Origin: Candidatus Hermodarchaeota archaeon
GTDB lineage: Archaea > Asgardarchaeota > Lokiarchaeia > Sigyniarchaeales > SOKP01
DNA: 64,000 nucleotides
NCBI GenBank assembly: GCA_048885705.1
Contig: JBHLLJ010000002.1
Span: 1,117 to 65,116 of the forward strand
Reading direction: 5' to 3'
Shown: one piece after another, positions 27,030-36,995 of the stretch
Position numbering within the stretch: the stretch's first letter is position 1
Layout of the letters: the number at the start of each line of letters is the position of its first letter
Program-made: the position numbers and the translations under genes
The notes under the pieces: generated by a model
What the model saw: the letters and a program-made list of their open reading frames with translations, nothing else
Told to the model about the DNA's origin: nothing
The model's database searches: none

Positions 27030-27965
27030 TTATTTTGACTTCGCTTTAATTTCTTTTACCTTATCCTGTAAATAGGTATCAATCCAAGTTGGAAACATTT
27101 TTCCTTCAATTAATACAGTTAGATCGACCTTCTCATAGTTTTCAGATAAGAGCAGAGTCTGTATTTCTTGAATTTCCTTCATGGATTGGCTCCATATAGA
27201 AATAGTTTTAAGGTTAGGAAGGTTACTGAACGACCAGATAAAGAGTATATTTGAACCTAATTTTTTTCTTAATTTATACTCAAATTCTTTATCATCAACA
27301 ATTATATTAGTAGCCAATTTTAAATTTATCATTGAGGCTATTATTCCTGTTTTATCAGGATACCAATCTATTTGAAATTGAACAAGAAATTTTTCGGTTA
27401 AGCTATCTAATCTTCTTCTTATTGTTTTAGTTGAAGCTCCAACTTCAAGGGCAATATCAGAGATTGATTTTCTAGAATTGTTTTTTAATGAATTGATAAT
27501 TAGATAATCTAAATCGGTGAGTGGTTTTAAATTTAAATCTTCTAAAGCGATGGGTGGTATTTCTTTATCAATCCCAATAGTAAAATCTGTTAGATTTCCC
27601 ACTTTTCGAACAAATGATACCAGGTCGTCTAATTCACTTATATTCCTAAGATATGCATGTATATATAAAGCATTACCACTTCCTTGGGTAACATTATAGA
27701 TATATTCATTTTCTCCTAATTTGTTAATCAATTGCTTTTTATTTCTAATATCTGAAAATCCAAATATAACGATATTTGTTATACCTGGAAAATTGGGAAA
27801 TCCTAATTTTGCTCTAAACCCTTGTATTACTCCAAGATCAACAAGAGAGTTTACTCTTTTATGAATAGAATTTACACTCATTTCGAACTTTTCAGCTAAA
27901 TCTTTGTAAGGAACCCTTGAATTAACCATCAAGTTCATTGAGAGTGAAATATCTATTTCATCCAT
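27030..27965 (-). CDS. Tandem (double) Lrp/AsnC-like transcriptional regulator
   Basis: 311 aa with two HTH-plus-RAM units: SRVPYKDLAEKFEMSVNSIHKRVNSLVDLGVI and LDYLIINSLKNNSRKSISDIALEVGASTKTIRRRLDSL. Confidence 0.65.
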   Translation of the reverse strand: MDEIDISLSMNLMVNSRVPYKDLAEKFEMSVNSIHKRVNSLVDLGVIQGFRAKLGFPNFPGITNIVIFGFSDIRNKKQLINKLGENEYIYNVTQGSGNALYIHAYLRNISELDDLVSFVRKVGNLTDFTIGIDKEIPPIALEDLNLKPLTDLDYLIINSLKNNSRKSISDIALEVGASTKTIRRRLDSLTEKFLVQFQIDWYPDKTGIIASMINLKLATNIIVDDKEFEYKLRKKLGSNILFIWSFSNLPNLKTISIWSQSMKEIQEIQTLLLSENYEKVDLTVLIEGKMFPTWIDTYLQDKVKEIKAKSK

Positions 27966-28081
27966 TTTATATCTTATATTTTTTGAATATGAATAATTGG
28001 AGTTTATTATTATTAATTCTTAATATAATTATCTTAATTAAAATACTGTTTCTATAATAAATTAAAGGAATTGGAAATGTT

Positions 28082-28669
28082 ATGAATATTGTCTTTTTTA
28101 TAAATTCTAAAACAGTAAACATTGATAAATATAGTATAAAAGACATTCCAGGATCTTCGGGGAGATTAGATGTAATTTCACGATGTATTTTAGCGACATT
28201 AATAGGAAATGATAATTTTGATAAAAATATTCAAATTTGGGTATTTTTAAAACGCTATGGTACTTTTATTTTTAACCCAGAGTTATTTGATTATAATGGT
28301 TTTCCAAAAAACGAATTGAGCCTTACAGATTATTTTGTTAGCTTCCTTCAGAAACCTTTTCATGAAGATCAACCTCTCAATCCATTAAAAAGATTAAAAG
28401 TATCAAATAAGGACATTTTAGAAGCGATAGAGTATTTCCAAGAATTAAATTATAAATTATATATTCTACAAGAACAAGGAAGAGATTTTTTCAAACTATT
28501 AAATAGCATACAAGAGCAAGAAAAAATTGTTTTCATAATAGGGAGTCAAGAAGATGAATTTCTTAATTCAGAAGAATTATTAGCATTAAAGATTCCCACT
28601 TTAAGTCTTGGAAATCAATCGTATTTAGCTTCCTCAGTTATTCGATTATTGAAATTACATCTAATCTGA
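28082..28669 (+). CDS. trmY: tRNA (pseudouridine54-N1)-methyltransferase TrmY (SPOUT, DUF358)
   Basis: 195 aa. GSSGRLDVISRCILATL matches the TrmY N-terminal motif, and the size is typical. Confidence 0.65.
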   Translation: MNIVFFINSKTVNIDKYSIKDIPGSSGRLDVISRCILATLIGNDNFDKNIQIWVFLKRYGTFIFNPELFDYNGFPKNELSLTDYFVSFLQKPFHEDQPLNPLKRLKVSNKDILEAIEYFQELNYKLYILQEQGRDFFKLLNSIQEQEKIVFIIGSQEDEFLNSEELLALKIPTLSLGNQSYLASSVIRLLKLHLI

Positions 28670-28746
28670 TTATAATAAATTTTTTATTATAAAGAACTTT
28701 TAAAAATATTAATCGAAATAATGAGATTATAGAATTTATCAGTAAC

Positions 28747-29442
28747 TTGAACGAAGCAGAAGATACAGATAAAAGAAATCGGCAGAAAGAAATATCAAAT
28801 AAATATATAAATCGTCCAGTAGAATTTTTAATTAAACACAATTTTACACCTAATAAGATTTCTTTTATAGGATTTATGTGTTTTTTAGTTTCATCGTTAT
28901 TAATTGCTTTTTATGGATTATACTTTTCAATTTATCTTTCATGGATTATACCTGTTATCATGGGACTAGCTGGAGCTATGGATCTATTTGATGGAGAAGT
29001 GGCGAGAAGGACAAATAAAGAAACACGAGCTGGTGCATTTTTAGATTCAAATTTGGATAGGCTTTCTGACGCAATTTTTGTATTAGCTTTAATTTATGGT
29101 GGTTTGGTAGATTTCTTATTAGGATATATTATATTATTCTTAGTTATTATGATTTCTTATATTCGTTCTAGAGCTGAAAATGAAGGTGTTAATATGAAAG
29201 GGATTGGATTCATGGAAAGAGCTGAACGAATTCTTTTTCTACTTTTTGCTATAATCATTGAATTAATACTATATTTTTCGACATACCTTATATTCAATGA
29301 ACCATTTACCACTTTTGTTCCATTTGTCACAAGAGTCCCTGTCACACCAGTTTTTCTAATTAGCATTCTAATTTATACTCTTTCTTTATTCTATACAGTT
29401 ATACAAAGATTAAGCTATACTTTTAAAGCATTAAGAAGCTAG
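28747..29442 (+). CDS. CDP-alcohol phosphatidyltransferase family protein (archaeal polar-lipid synthase)
   Basis: 231 aa with a TTG start. The motif DLFDGEVARRTNKETRAGAFLDSNLDRLSD equals D-x2-DG-x2-AR-x8-G-x3-D-x3-D. Polytopic membrane protein. Confidence 0.8.
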   Translation: MNEAEDTDKRNRQKEISNKYINRPVEFLIKHNFTPNKISFIGFMCFLVSSLLIAFYGLYFSIYLSWIIPVIMGLAGAMDLFDGEVARRTNKETRAGAFLDSNLDRLSDAIFVLALIYGGLVDFLLGYIILFLVIMISYIRSRAENEGVNMKGIGFMERAERILFLLFAIIIELILYFSTYLIFNEPFTTFVPFVTRVPVTPVFLISILIYTLSLFYTVIQRLSYTFKALRS

Positions 29443-29602
29443 GCGTAAATAATGTGAATAGCATTTTAGCTCTTAAATTATCTGTTTTCGATATTTAATT
29501 TATACATATTTAAGCTAAAGGATAAATTTTTTAAGTTTTATCCAATTCAATTAGAATATAGAATAAAATTAGATTAGATAAAATTACAAGTAGCTGATTT
29601 TA

Positions 29603-29875
29603 ATTCCAAAAAAAAGAAGAAGTGGAGGAAGAAGCGGTTCTAGTAAAGGACATTACGCTAGAGTTCAATGCAGCAAATGTGGAAGATTTGTTGCTAGAAG
29701 CAAAGCTAAAGCTGTGACAAGAAGAGTGTCTCTTGTTGATAGTCGTATGTACACAGAATTAAAAAAAGCGGGTACAATTATTCAGTCCCCAAGTAAGACT
29801 AAATACTATTGTATTAGCTGTGCTATTCACGGACATCAGATAAGCCAACGTGATAAGAGTTTAAGAAAGGAATAA
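29603..29875 (+). CDS. rps26e: Ribosomal protein eS26 (missed by the ORF track; ATT start)
   Basis: The frame after TAG (29591-29593) reads CTG ATT TTA ATT CCA AAA AAA AGA AGA... It gives (I)PKKRRSGGRSGSSKGHYARVQCSKCGRFVARSKAKAVTRRVSLVDSRMYTELKKAGTIIQSPSKTKYYCISCAIHGHQISQRDKSLRKE, ending at TAA 29873-29875. It has the eS26 landmarks M-[PT]-KKR, GH...C..C and YC.SCAIH. The only ATG is internal (RMY). Confidence 0.8.
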   Translation: MPKKRRSGGRSGSSKGHYARVQCSKCGRFVARSKAKAVTRRVSLVDSRMYTELKKAGTIIQSPSKTKYYCISCAIHGHQISQRDKSLRKE

Positions 29876-29907
29876 TTCTATTTCTTAAATAATTTATGAT
29901 AAATTCA

Positions 29908-31896
29908 TCATAAATTAAGTTGTTTAAAGAAACTTGGAAGTGTATAATTAATTTGAACTTGGTTTTCATTTGTAATTTCAATAATAGCTCGAATTAAAAA
30001 GCTGTTTTTTAAGTTTTCGTCTGGTTCATATATTTTGACTTTAGCTGTGGGTTTTATTTTTAGAGTGTAATTTTCAGCAATACCCATGACATTCTCATTT
30101 GTTATCAATTTAATTCCGAGTAAACCAAGTTCATAATGGGAAACAATAAATAATATCTCATTTCCTTTTTCTTTATTTTTCTCAAAATGAACAACTTCCA
30201 AATAATCATCTTTTAATTCATTTGGGAGTTTAGCGTAAGAAATGATTTTCTTCTTCCCTGTAATATGTTCAAATGGAGTATATAATAATATGTTGAAACT
30301 AGCGATCTTCTTAATTTCTTCATTATATTTATCAATATCTTTAATTTCATAAGCCTTATCTAATAAAAGATCTAATCTATCAATCATATCTTCTGCTGAA
30401 TACCCTACTAAAACTGTTGCAATATAAGCTCTTTTTAGTTTTTCAATTAAAATCTCACTTTTATATGATAATTTGTAATCAATTGAAATTTCTAATGCTT
30501 GGTTATAAAGATTTGCAGCAATTTGAGAATGTCCTAAAGCTAAGAAATAATCCCCTAGTTCACTAAATACAATTATTGCATCAAGGAAATTACTATCTAG
30601 ATCCATCTTGGAAATTTCTTCCATTATATTCATAGCAGTATTCTTATCCTTGCCTTGAATATAAATTGCTATCGCTTTACCAATTAAACATTTAAGTCTT
30701 AATTTATCATCCTCATAAATATCTGCAAGTTGTTCAGTGAAATTATATTGTTTAATGGCATTTTCATAAAGCCCATGAAATAAGTAAATCAAGGCTTTTA
30801 AATAATTTAAAGTCAAACATGTTTTAAAATTATGAATAATAATAGAGAATAGTGCAGCTCTTTCAAGTGAATCAATTGAGGCGTTAATACGCCCGAGAGA
30901 AACTAATAAAAATGATCTTAAAAATTCCATTTTACTAATTTCAGAGCATATCAATTGTTCAACAATCTCATAATCTTTTAGATTTGTTAGTTGCCCTGAT
31001 GCAACTTGGAGCAAAGATACTAAGAATCCATTTCCTTTTTTCAAAAATTTAATGGCTTCTTTTGTTTCACTCTTAGTTATTGCTTCACGAGCTCGAATTA
31101 CATACTCCCTTGAAATTTTTAAATTTTCAAGAAATTTTGAAATCCCTATTATTTTTTCTTCTTCACTTTGAGGGATCTCTCGATTTGCGATATATTTCTC
31201 AGCAATTTCAATCTCGTTTATATATTTGGAAGCACTAATCTCAAATTTTACACCTGTATCTGGATTTTCTAACTCTACATCTTGAGTTAAAATTGAGCTT
31301 TCAGTAACAGCTATAGCTTTTTCAATCAACCAAGTTATCTTTTGTTCAGCAGGATAGATTTTAGAACGCTCAATCATATATGATAATGTATAATTCAAAC
31401 TTTTCTTCCAGATGTCCTTGAAATATTTTCGCATTTGAGAATCTGTAGTTGTTCTTTGCAACTTTAATAGAAAACTCGAAAGCGATAATATTTCTATTGT
31501 CCCCTTATAAAGTAAACTAGTATTTTTAGCAAGTTTAAAATCATCTGTTATAAGGTTGACGGGGAAAGTAGGATTTTGTTTTAATAACTTGTTTCCAATA
31601 CATACAAGAGTGAGATCTGGATCTTGAGCGGGAAATCTTACATTATATTTGCTAAGATCTTCTTTAATTTCATCAATTTCGTAGAACGGAATCTTCTCTA
31701 TATTAATAAAAGTTTTCATTTTGTCTTTATACGTATGGGGTGCTTTGATCTCTTCAAAGACAGTTTGAGATATATAATATTTATAGCCTAAATCTTCTCC
31801 TAATCTTTGCAAATTTCCTAATATATTACGTGCTTTAATTTGCAACATACAAATGAAAAAATTAGCGTCAAAAACAAATCTATTTGTGGTACTCAT
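29908..31896 (-). CDS. PIN-domain N-terminus fused to a long TPR-like helical repeat region and a beta-rich C-terminal domain
   Basis: 662 aa. The N-terminus FVFDANFFI...TVFEEI...LITDD has PIN-like acidic residue spacing. The middle is helical-repeat rich. The repeat and C-terminal calls are inference. Confidence 0.45.
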   Translation of the reverse strand: MSTTNRFVFDANFFICMLQIKARNILGNLQRLGEDLGYKYYISQTVFEEIKAPHTYKDKMKTFINIEKIPFYEIDEIKEDLSKYNVRFPAQDPDLTLVCIGNKLLKQNPTFPVNLITDDFKLAKNTSLLYKGTIEILSLSSFLLKLQRTTTDSQMRKYFKDIWKKSLNYTLSYMIERSKIYPAEQKITWLIEKAIAVTESSILTQDVELENPDTGVKFEISASKYINEIEIAEKYIANREIPQSEEEKIIGISKFLENLKISREYVIRAREAITKSETKEAIKFLKKGNGFLVSLLQVASGQLTNLKDYEIVEQLICSEISKMEFLRSFLLVSLGRINASIDSLERAALFSIIIHNFKTCLTLNYLKALIYLFHGLYENAIKQYNFTEQLADIYEDDKLRLKCLIGKAIAIYIQGKDKNTAMNIMEEISKMDLDSNFLDAIIVFSELGDYFLALGHSQIAANLYNQALEISIDYKLSYKSEILIEKLKRAYIATVLVGYSAEDMIDRLDLLLDKAYEIKDIDKYNEEIKKIASFNILLYTPFEHITGKKKIISYAKLPNELKDDYLEVVHFEKNKEKGNEILFIVSHYELGLLGIKLITNENVMGIAENYTLKIKPTAKVKIYEPDENLKNSFLIRAIIEITNENQVQINYTLPSFFKQLNL

Positions 31897-32075
31897 TTGA
31901 TTAACGAGATTACTGTGATTTATTTAGATAAAAATTCATTAAATAAATAATAGATATTAAAATAATATATTTTTTTCATTAAAATAAATCAAAATAGAAA
32001 AGGAATTAAATATAAATTAGAATATAAGGCTTAGATAAAAATTAATAGATTTTAATTAAAAATTACCCATAGTGA

Positions 32076-32600
32076 ATTATTATTCTATTAATAGATGTTG
32101 TAGGATATTCCGGGTCCGGAAAGACATTATTTATAACTAAAGCTATAAAATTATTAAGAAAAAAATTGAATTGTAATATTTCAGTCATCAAAAATATAAA
32201 ACATCACCCAGTTGACGAGATGGGAAAAGATTCTTATAGCTTTACCAAAGCAGGTGCAATCTATTCTGTGATTCAAAATAAGTATCATGAAACTGCAATT
32301 TTTGTAAAAACTGAAGAAAATAAATTAGAACAGCTTTTAAAATGGTTGCAATCTGGACCTATCAAACTAGATTTAATTTTTACAGAAGGCTTTAGGAGTC
32401 TAAACAATCCTACAGTTTTATGTATATCTGATTTAAAAGAAATCAAAGAGCAGTTAACAGAAAACGTCAAAATGATATCAGGAATTATCTGTTCGAAGAA
32501 ACCAATCAAAAAAAGTGTCTATAATATACCAATAATAGACATTGAGAGCCAATTTTCAACTTTTTTGAACTTATTTAACATTTTTCCAAAAAGGAGCTAG
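32076..32600 (+). CDS. mobB: MobB-like P-loop NTPase (non-canonical ATT start)
   Basis: Track ORF 32166..32600 (TTG start) contains HHPVDEMGKDSYSFTKAGA, the MobB KH..h..D..GKDS...aGA motif, but lacks a Walker A. The frame is open upstream to a TGA at 32073-32075. It encodes IIILLIDVVGYSGSGKTLFITKAIKLLRKK with no ATG/GTG/TTG, only ATT x3 at 32076-32084. Confidence 0.75.
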   Translation: MIILLIDVVGYSGSGKTLFITKAIKLLRKKLNCNISVIKNIKHHPVDEMGKDSYSFTKAGAIYSVIQNKYHETAIFVKTEENKLEQLLKWLQSGPIKLDLIFTEGFRSLNNPTVLCISDLKEIKEQLTENVKMISGIICSKKPIKKSVYNIPIIDIESQFSTFLNLFNIFPKRS

Positions 32601-34493
32601 TTGTCGACAAATTGATTCGAGATTTTTTTTTATTTTTTCATCCTTTATATCTGTAATTACATACTTACTTAATTTTTCATAAACTTCCATTTCATCTTTT
32701 GGATCAATAACAGAATAACGAATTTCTTGGATCATATTATTTAAAGGAATAATTATCTCATAAATTATCCATTCTTCAAAGAAAGGCTGATCAGAAAAAG
32801 ACTGGATATTATAAGTTATCATTATTTGTACTAATTCCTCAAGAGAATAGAAATATTTATCTGGAATTTCTACATCAAATTCTTTTAGTTCTCTTTTAAG
32901 TTGTTCTCTATTTAAACTAATTATATAATCTGGCCACACATCGTCAGAATAATTAATATCTTGAAATACAAAAAGTTCTAAAACTCTTAAAGCGATATTT
33001 TTTCCAATATAACGAGAGCGAGGATCAATAAAATTTTTTGATGCGTCGTTTGGAGAAGTTCTTATAAAAATTTTATCGATTAATACATATAGAATTCTAC
33101 ATATATGATCAACTAAAATTTGAAAGGTTAACGGAGAGTTATCAGGGTTTTCCATTAGATTTTCATTTTCTTGAGTTAATTTTTGAGTGAAATTTGAGTT
33201 GAGGCTTCTAAGGAACGTCTTGAAAAAACCAAAATTTAGTTGAGAAACATTTTTCCTAAAAATTTTTCGGAATATCAGATTGATATTTTGAATATTTGAT
33301 AAATTTGACAAATGATTAAGGAATACGTTAATATTTTTAATAGAATTTGCACCTATTACATCTTTAGCCTTTTTATTATAATGATTTAATGTTGTTTTAA
33401 AAACTTCTGGTAAAAAAAGCAAATCTCCAACTTCTAATGCTTCAAGACCACTCCCAAAATAATATTTCATGTATAATAAAAATAAATTTAATTGTGATTT
33501 TGGTGATGGCAGATTATTTGCTTGGAAAGTTGAGTATAAAGTAGATTTTTTATCAAGATATTCAAAAAATTTGATAATTGCATTTTTTTTTTCAGTTGAA
33601 TAGTTCAAGTTAACAAGGAATTCTTTTTTGATAACATCTAACTTAGAAAATACAGAATCTTCTACTCTAGCACCTACAAAATTAAAAAAATCTAATAATG
33701 GTGAAAAACTCTGGAGTAAATTACATTTTTTATAGAAATAATATAAAAGATCTACTAACTTTTCTTTTGAGGAAGAATATTCATTTAATGCAATCTCATA
33801 CAATTTTTCTCTTCCTACATATAATTTCTCAAAATAATTTTCTGGAATTCCTTTAATTTGTCTTAAAAGATAATATAGAACCATATTATAATAAGACTCA
33901 AAGATTTCATCCTTACTATCTTTACAAATTATCAAAAAATTCAGATTTTTATTCAAATCTTCATTTTTAATGGTAATAGCATCAAGTAGAATGTAAATCT
34001 TTTCTTTTAATGCATTTCTGATAACCATTCCTAAAATTCGAACAATAAAATAAAGATATCCTGTAATTATTGAAAAACCATATAAAATTTCCAGTTTAAA
34101 TGCTTCAGAAATATGTGCAAAATTTTTTTCTTCGATTGAATTCAAAAGATAATTATATTCAAAAAATATGACTTTTTCAGAAATCTTCTCTTTACTAATT
34201 AATTCAAGAGAATTTACATTAAAATTAAAAAAGATCTTTAAAAAGTAGCTAAATAAATCATTAAAATTCTCATAGAAAAATGAAGTAAAAGTTTTTTTAA
34301 TTATGCGATTTTGATTCTTTCTTTGAAAAATTTCCCATCTTAGCCTAATATCATTTTTAAATTCTTCATATTGCGTATTTTTTTTCTGCAAGAGATCGAA
34401 TAATGAGTTATTGATAGTTCTAATACTAAGTTCTTGAATATACGCTTGGTTTATAAGATTCTCAACAATGTGTTTTAATTCTTTATAAGCCAC
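32571..34493 (-). CDS. Large uncharacterised alpha-helical protein
   Basis: 640-aa uninterrupted ORF in a stop-rich AT genome. I recognised no motif. Its 3' end overlaps the mobB-like 3' end by 30 nt (convergent). Confidence 0.5.
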   Translation of the reverse strand: MAYKELKHIVENLINQAYIQELSIRTINNSLFDLLQKKNTQYEEFKNDIRLRWEIFQRKNQNRIIKKTFTSFFYENFNDLFSYFLKIFFNFNVNSLELISKEKISEKVIFFEYNYLLNSIEEKNFAHISEAFKLEILYGFSIITGYLYFIVRILGMVIRNALKEKIYILLDAITIKNEDLNKNLNFLIICKDSKDEIFESYYNMVLYYLLRQIKGIPENYFEKLYVGREKLYEIALNEYSSSKEKLVDLLYYFYKKCNLLQSFSPLLDFFNFVGARVEDSVFSKLDVIKKEFLVNLNYSTEKKNAIIKFFEYLDKKSTLYSTFQANNLPSPKSQLNLFLLYMKYYFGSGLEALEVGDLLFLPEVFKTTLNHYNKKAKDVIGANSIKNINVFLNHLSNLSNIQNINLIFRKIFRKNVSQLNFGFFKTFLRSLNSNFTQKLTQENENLMENPDNSPLTFQILVDHICRILYVLIDKIFIRTSPNDASKNFIDPRSRYIGKNIALRVLELFVFQDINYSDDVWPDYIISLNREQLKRELKEFDVEIPDKYFYSLEELVQIMITYNIQSFSDQPFFEEWIIYEIIIPLNNMIQEIRYSVIDPKDEMEVYEKLSKYVITDIKDEKIKKNLESICRQLAPFWKNVK

Positions 34494-34666
34494 GTTTAAT
34501 CGAGAGTTTAATCAGTTTATCTTTTTATTTGATTTTAATAAGTCTTAAGAAAAAAATGGTATATATTTAGTAAATAATAATATGAAAATAAAAACCTTAG
34601 TCAAGAAAGAATAAATGATGGTTGCTTAACAAAACATAAAATTTCATTTCCAATTTTGGATATAAA

Positions 34667-35695
34667 TTAAAATATTTTTATAATATCATCTGTTTCAGAA
34701 TATTCTAACGGAATTCTTTCATGATCTTTGTTTATAATATTTAATCCTTTTTCTTTTGATACAAAATTGCCTATTTTTTCAGCATAAATATTGTTTCTTT
34801 TCATTAATTCGATTATTTCATTAATAAATTCTTCTTCTATTGCAATTAATAACGTTCCTGATGATATTGTGTTTAAAGGGTTCAAGTTAAAGATCTTACT
34901 TAATTTTAATGGCTCTGGAAGGATCTTTATTTTATTTTCATTTATTAACACACCAGTTTTAGAAGCGATCGTCATTTCAGCTATTCCTGTATAAAGCCCT
35001 CCTTCTGTTGGGTCGTGCATTGACTTTATTTTAAAATTTTTATTTGCTAAGAGTGCTTCATTTAATACACTTATTCCAGGATTATAAAGATAATTCTTAC
35101 ATTTTTCAATAAAATCATGATCAAATCCCTTGTTTAAAAGATCTTTTTCTTTTTCTCGACCAATAATAGACGTTCCTTCAATAAAAATACCTTTTGTTAA
35201 AATCAATGCATCTCCTGGTTCAGCTCCTGAAGTAAGTACAAGCTTTTTTTTTTCTACCTCTCCGATTAAGGAACCAACCACAATAGGTCTAACAATCCCA
35301 GGTGTAATTTCTGTATGACCTCCTATTACAGTAATTTCCATTGATTTACATGTATCATGAATATCAGTAAATATCTTTTCAATCATTTCACTTGTTGTTA
35401 AATTAGAAGGTAATAATATCGTTGATTGGAACCATTTTGGTGTAGCTCCTGTACACACTAAATCGTTAACATTAACATTTACTGCATAATACCCGATCTT
35501 ATCAGTTGCAAAGGTAATTGGGTCAGTTTTTGCCACTAAATAATTCTTTCCGGGTATATCTATAACAGCAGCATCTTCACCAATTTTAGAACCCATTATT
35601 ACCCGATTATCTTGAATATCTATTTCTGAGAGCAATTGGGCTAGATATCTATGTTTAAGCTTTCCAAGAGTAAATTTTTCATTAACTCTTTTCAT
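34667..35695 (-). CDS. AIR synthase-related protein (PurM/HypE/ThiL superfamily)
   Basis: 342 aa with IGEDAAVIDIPGKNYLVAKTDPITF and NVNDLVCTGATP. It lacks the HypE C-terminal PRIC motif. Confidence 0.6.
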   Translation of the reverse strand: MKRVNEKFTLGKLKHRYLAQLLSEIDIQDNRVIMGSKIGEDAAVIDIPGKNYLVAKTDPITFATDKIGYYAVNVNVNDLVCTGATPKWFQSTILLPSNLTTSEMIEKIFTDIHDTCKSMEITVIGGHTEITPGIVRPIVVGSLIGEVEKKKLVLTSGAEPGDALILTKGIFIEGTSIIGREKEKDLLNKGFDHDFIEKCKNYLYNPGISVLNEALLANKNFKIKSMHDPTEGGLYTGIAEMTIASKTGVLINENKIKILPEPLKLSKIFNLNPLNTISSGTLLIAIEEEFINEIIELMKRNNIYAEKIGNFVSKEKGLNIINKDHERIPLEYSETDDIIKIF

Positions 35696-35859
35696 TGTTA
35701 TAGTCTCTTTAGGATTTCATAATTTATTAAAATTTTGAGTAAATCTTCCGTAATTATACATTTAAAATAATTTGAAGTAATAAAATATGGTACCCTAAAA
35801 TTTAAAATTCATTACTTCCTTGAGGATAATAAGATTTACAATTACAAACAAAAAAGAGT

Positions 35860-36393
35860 TTGAGCAAAATGGGATTTGGTAAAGCCTTTTTATTTTGTAT
35901 TCTTGCTTTTGTTGGTTTGAATTTCATATTTACTATTATCTATTATGCCTTTGGGCCGGGATTTGATATATTGTTTAATACAATTCAAAATGCTCCTCTG
36001 ATGATATTATATTATCTATTTGGCTCAATAATAAGCACCCCATCAACAATTTTTAATTGGACAATCGCTGAACCATTCATTTCAAGTGACATGAGTTACT
36101 TAATATTAGGATTAGGACACTTAGCCGCTCCTTTAGTAGCAGCAATACTTACTGGGAGATTTGGAAAGAGTAAGGCTCAATCTTTTGGTGGATGGCTATT
36201 AACAGCTGTTATTAGTACCACTTCAATAATTATTGCAGCCTGGTTAAGCCCAACTACTGAAATGACATTAATCAATACATACGGTTGGATTTCTGGGGAT
36301 GTTATTTTAATTTTAGCAATGATAAGTTGTATAATAAATATTGTTTTTTATGGATTCTTTGCTTTACTTCTTTCAAAAGAAGAATATTATTAA
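35860..36393 (+). CDS. Integral membrane protein, unknown function
   Basis: 177 aa with a TTG start and 5-6 hydrophobic segments. Confidence 0.5.
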   Translation: MSKMGFGKAFLFCILAFVGLNFIFTIIYYAFGPGFDILFNTIQNAPLMILYYLFGSIISTPSTIFNWTIAEPFISSDMSYLILGLGHLAAPLVAAILTGRFGKSKAQSFGGWLLTAVISTTSIIIAAWLSPTTEMTLINTYGWISGDVILILAMISCIINIVFYGFFALLLSKEEYY

Positions 36394-36697
36394 TTTAAAT
36401 ATAATTTTCATCATTTTTTTCTTATTTTCTACAACGTCTTATCAAAATTTTGTGATATTTTTATAGATTTATATAGAAAAATTATTCGGAAGGGAAACAA
36501 AATTTTCATTCTTACATTGGATTTCGCCTTTAATATTCTGTTTTTTAATATAACTTGAATTTTGCATTCCTTCTTTTCTCCTTTTTGTTATTAATTTAAT
36601 GGAATAAATGATATATCAATGGATTAATAGATCCCCCACTCTGAAATTAATATAAGTAAAATAATAGTATTAATAAATTTCAATTTATAGGGTCGCT

Positions 36698-36982
36698 ATG
36701 AGTATGAGTTCGGGAAAAATAGAACAAAATTATTACAATAATGTTCAAAATAGTTCACTTTTTAATGATTATGTTCTTCATTCTGAAGATTTTTTAGATG
36801 AAAGTCATAATTCTGAATCAAAAACAAATAAAAAACGATCTTATCATTTTGATATAATACAAAAGATCCATTTCATTTTAAAAAACTCTCCAGATCTAAC
36901 TCAAAAACAAAAATATGATTATTGTAATAATCAAAGATTTTTTATGAAACAATATTTGAAAAGTATATCTGAAGGAATTTGA
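36698..36982 (+). CDS. Hypothetical small protein
   Basis: 94-aa ORF, N/S/K-rich, with no recognisable motif. Confidence 0.3.
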   Translation: MSMSSGKIEQNYYNNVQNSSLFNDYVLHSEDFLDESHNSESKTNKKRSYHFDIIQKIHFILKNSPDLTQKQKYDYCNNQRFFMKQYLKSISEGI

Positions 36983-36995
36983 ATATATTATTAAT

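Noticed and set aside
32070-32075. Stop-codon reassignment (TGA or TAG as sense) as the explanation for genes lacking canonical starts
   Set aside because: Reading through the bounding stop meets another stop almost immediately without passing an ATG/GTG/TTG. Examples are TAG at 32070-32072 before the TGA of mobB, and TAG at 43990-43992 upstream of the TPR gene's TGA. All other genes terminate normally on TAA/TAG/TGA.
31897-32075. Repeated word TAGATAAAAATT (about 31925 and about 32030) in the PIN-TPR/mobB spacer
   Set aside because: It is a 12-nt AT-only word in a ~15-20% G+C spacer, so a chance recurrence is plausible. There is no associated structure.
36469-36567. 32-aa minus-strand ORF (MQNSSYIKKQNIKGEIQCKNENFVSLPNNFSI) preceded by AAGGAG in the 304-bp spacer
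   Set aside because: It is too short, with no supporting homology or structure visible. It is only worth checking if transcript or ribosome data exist.
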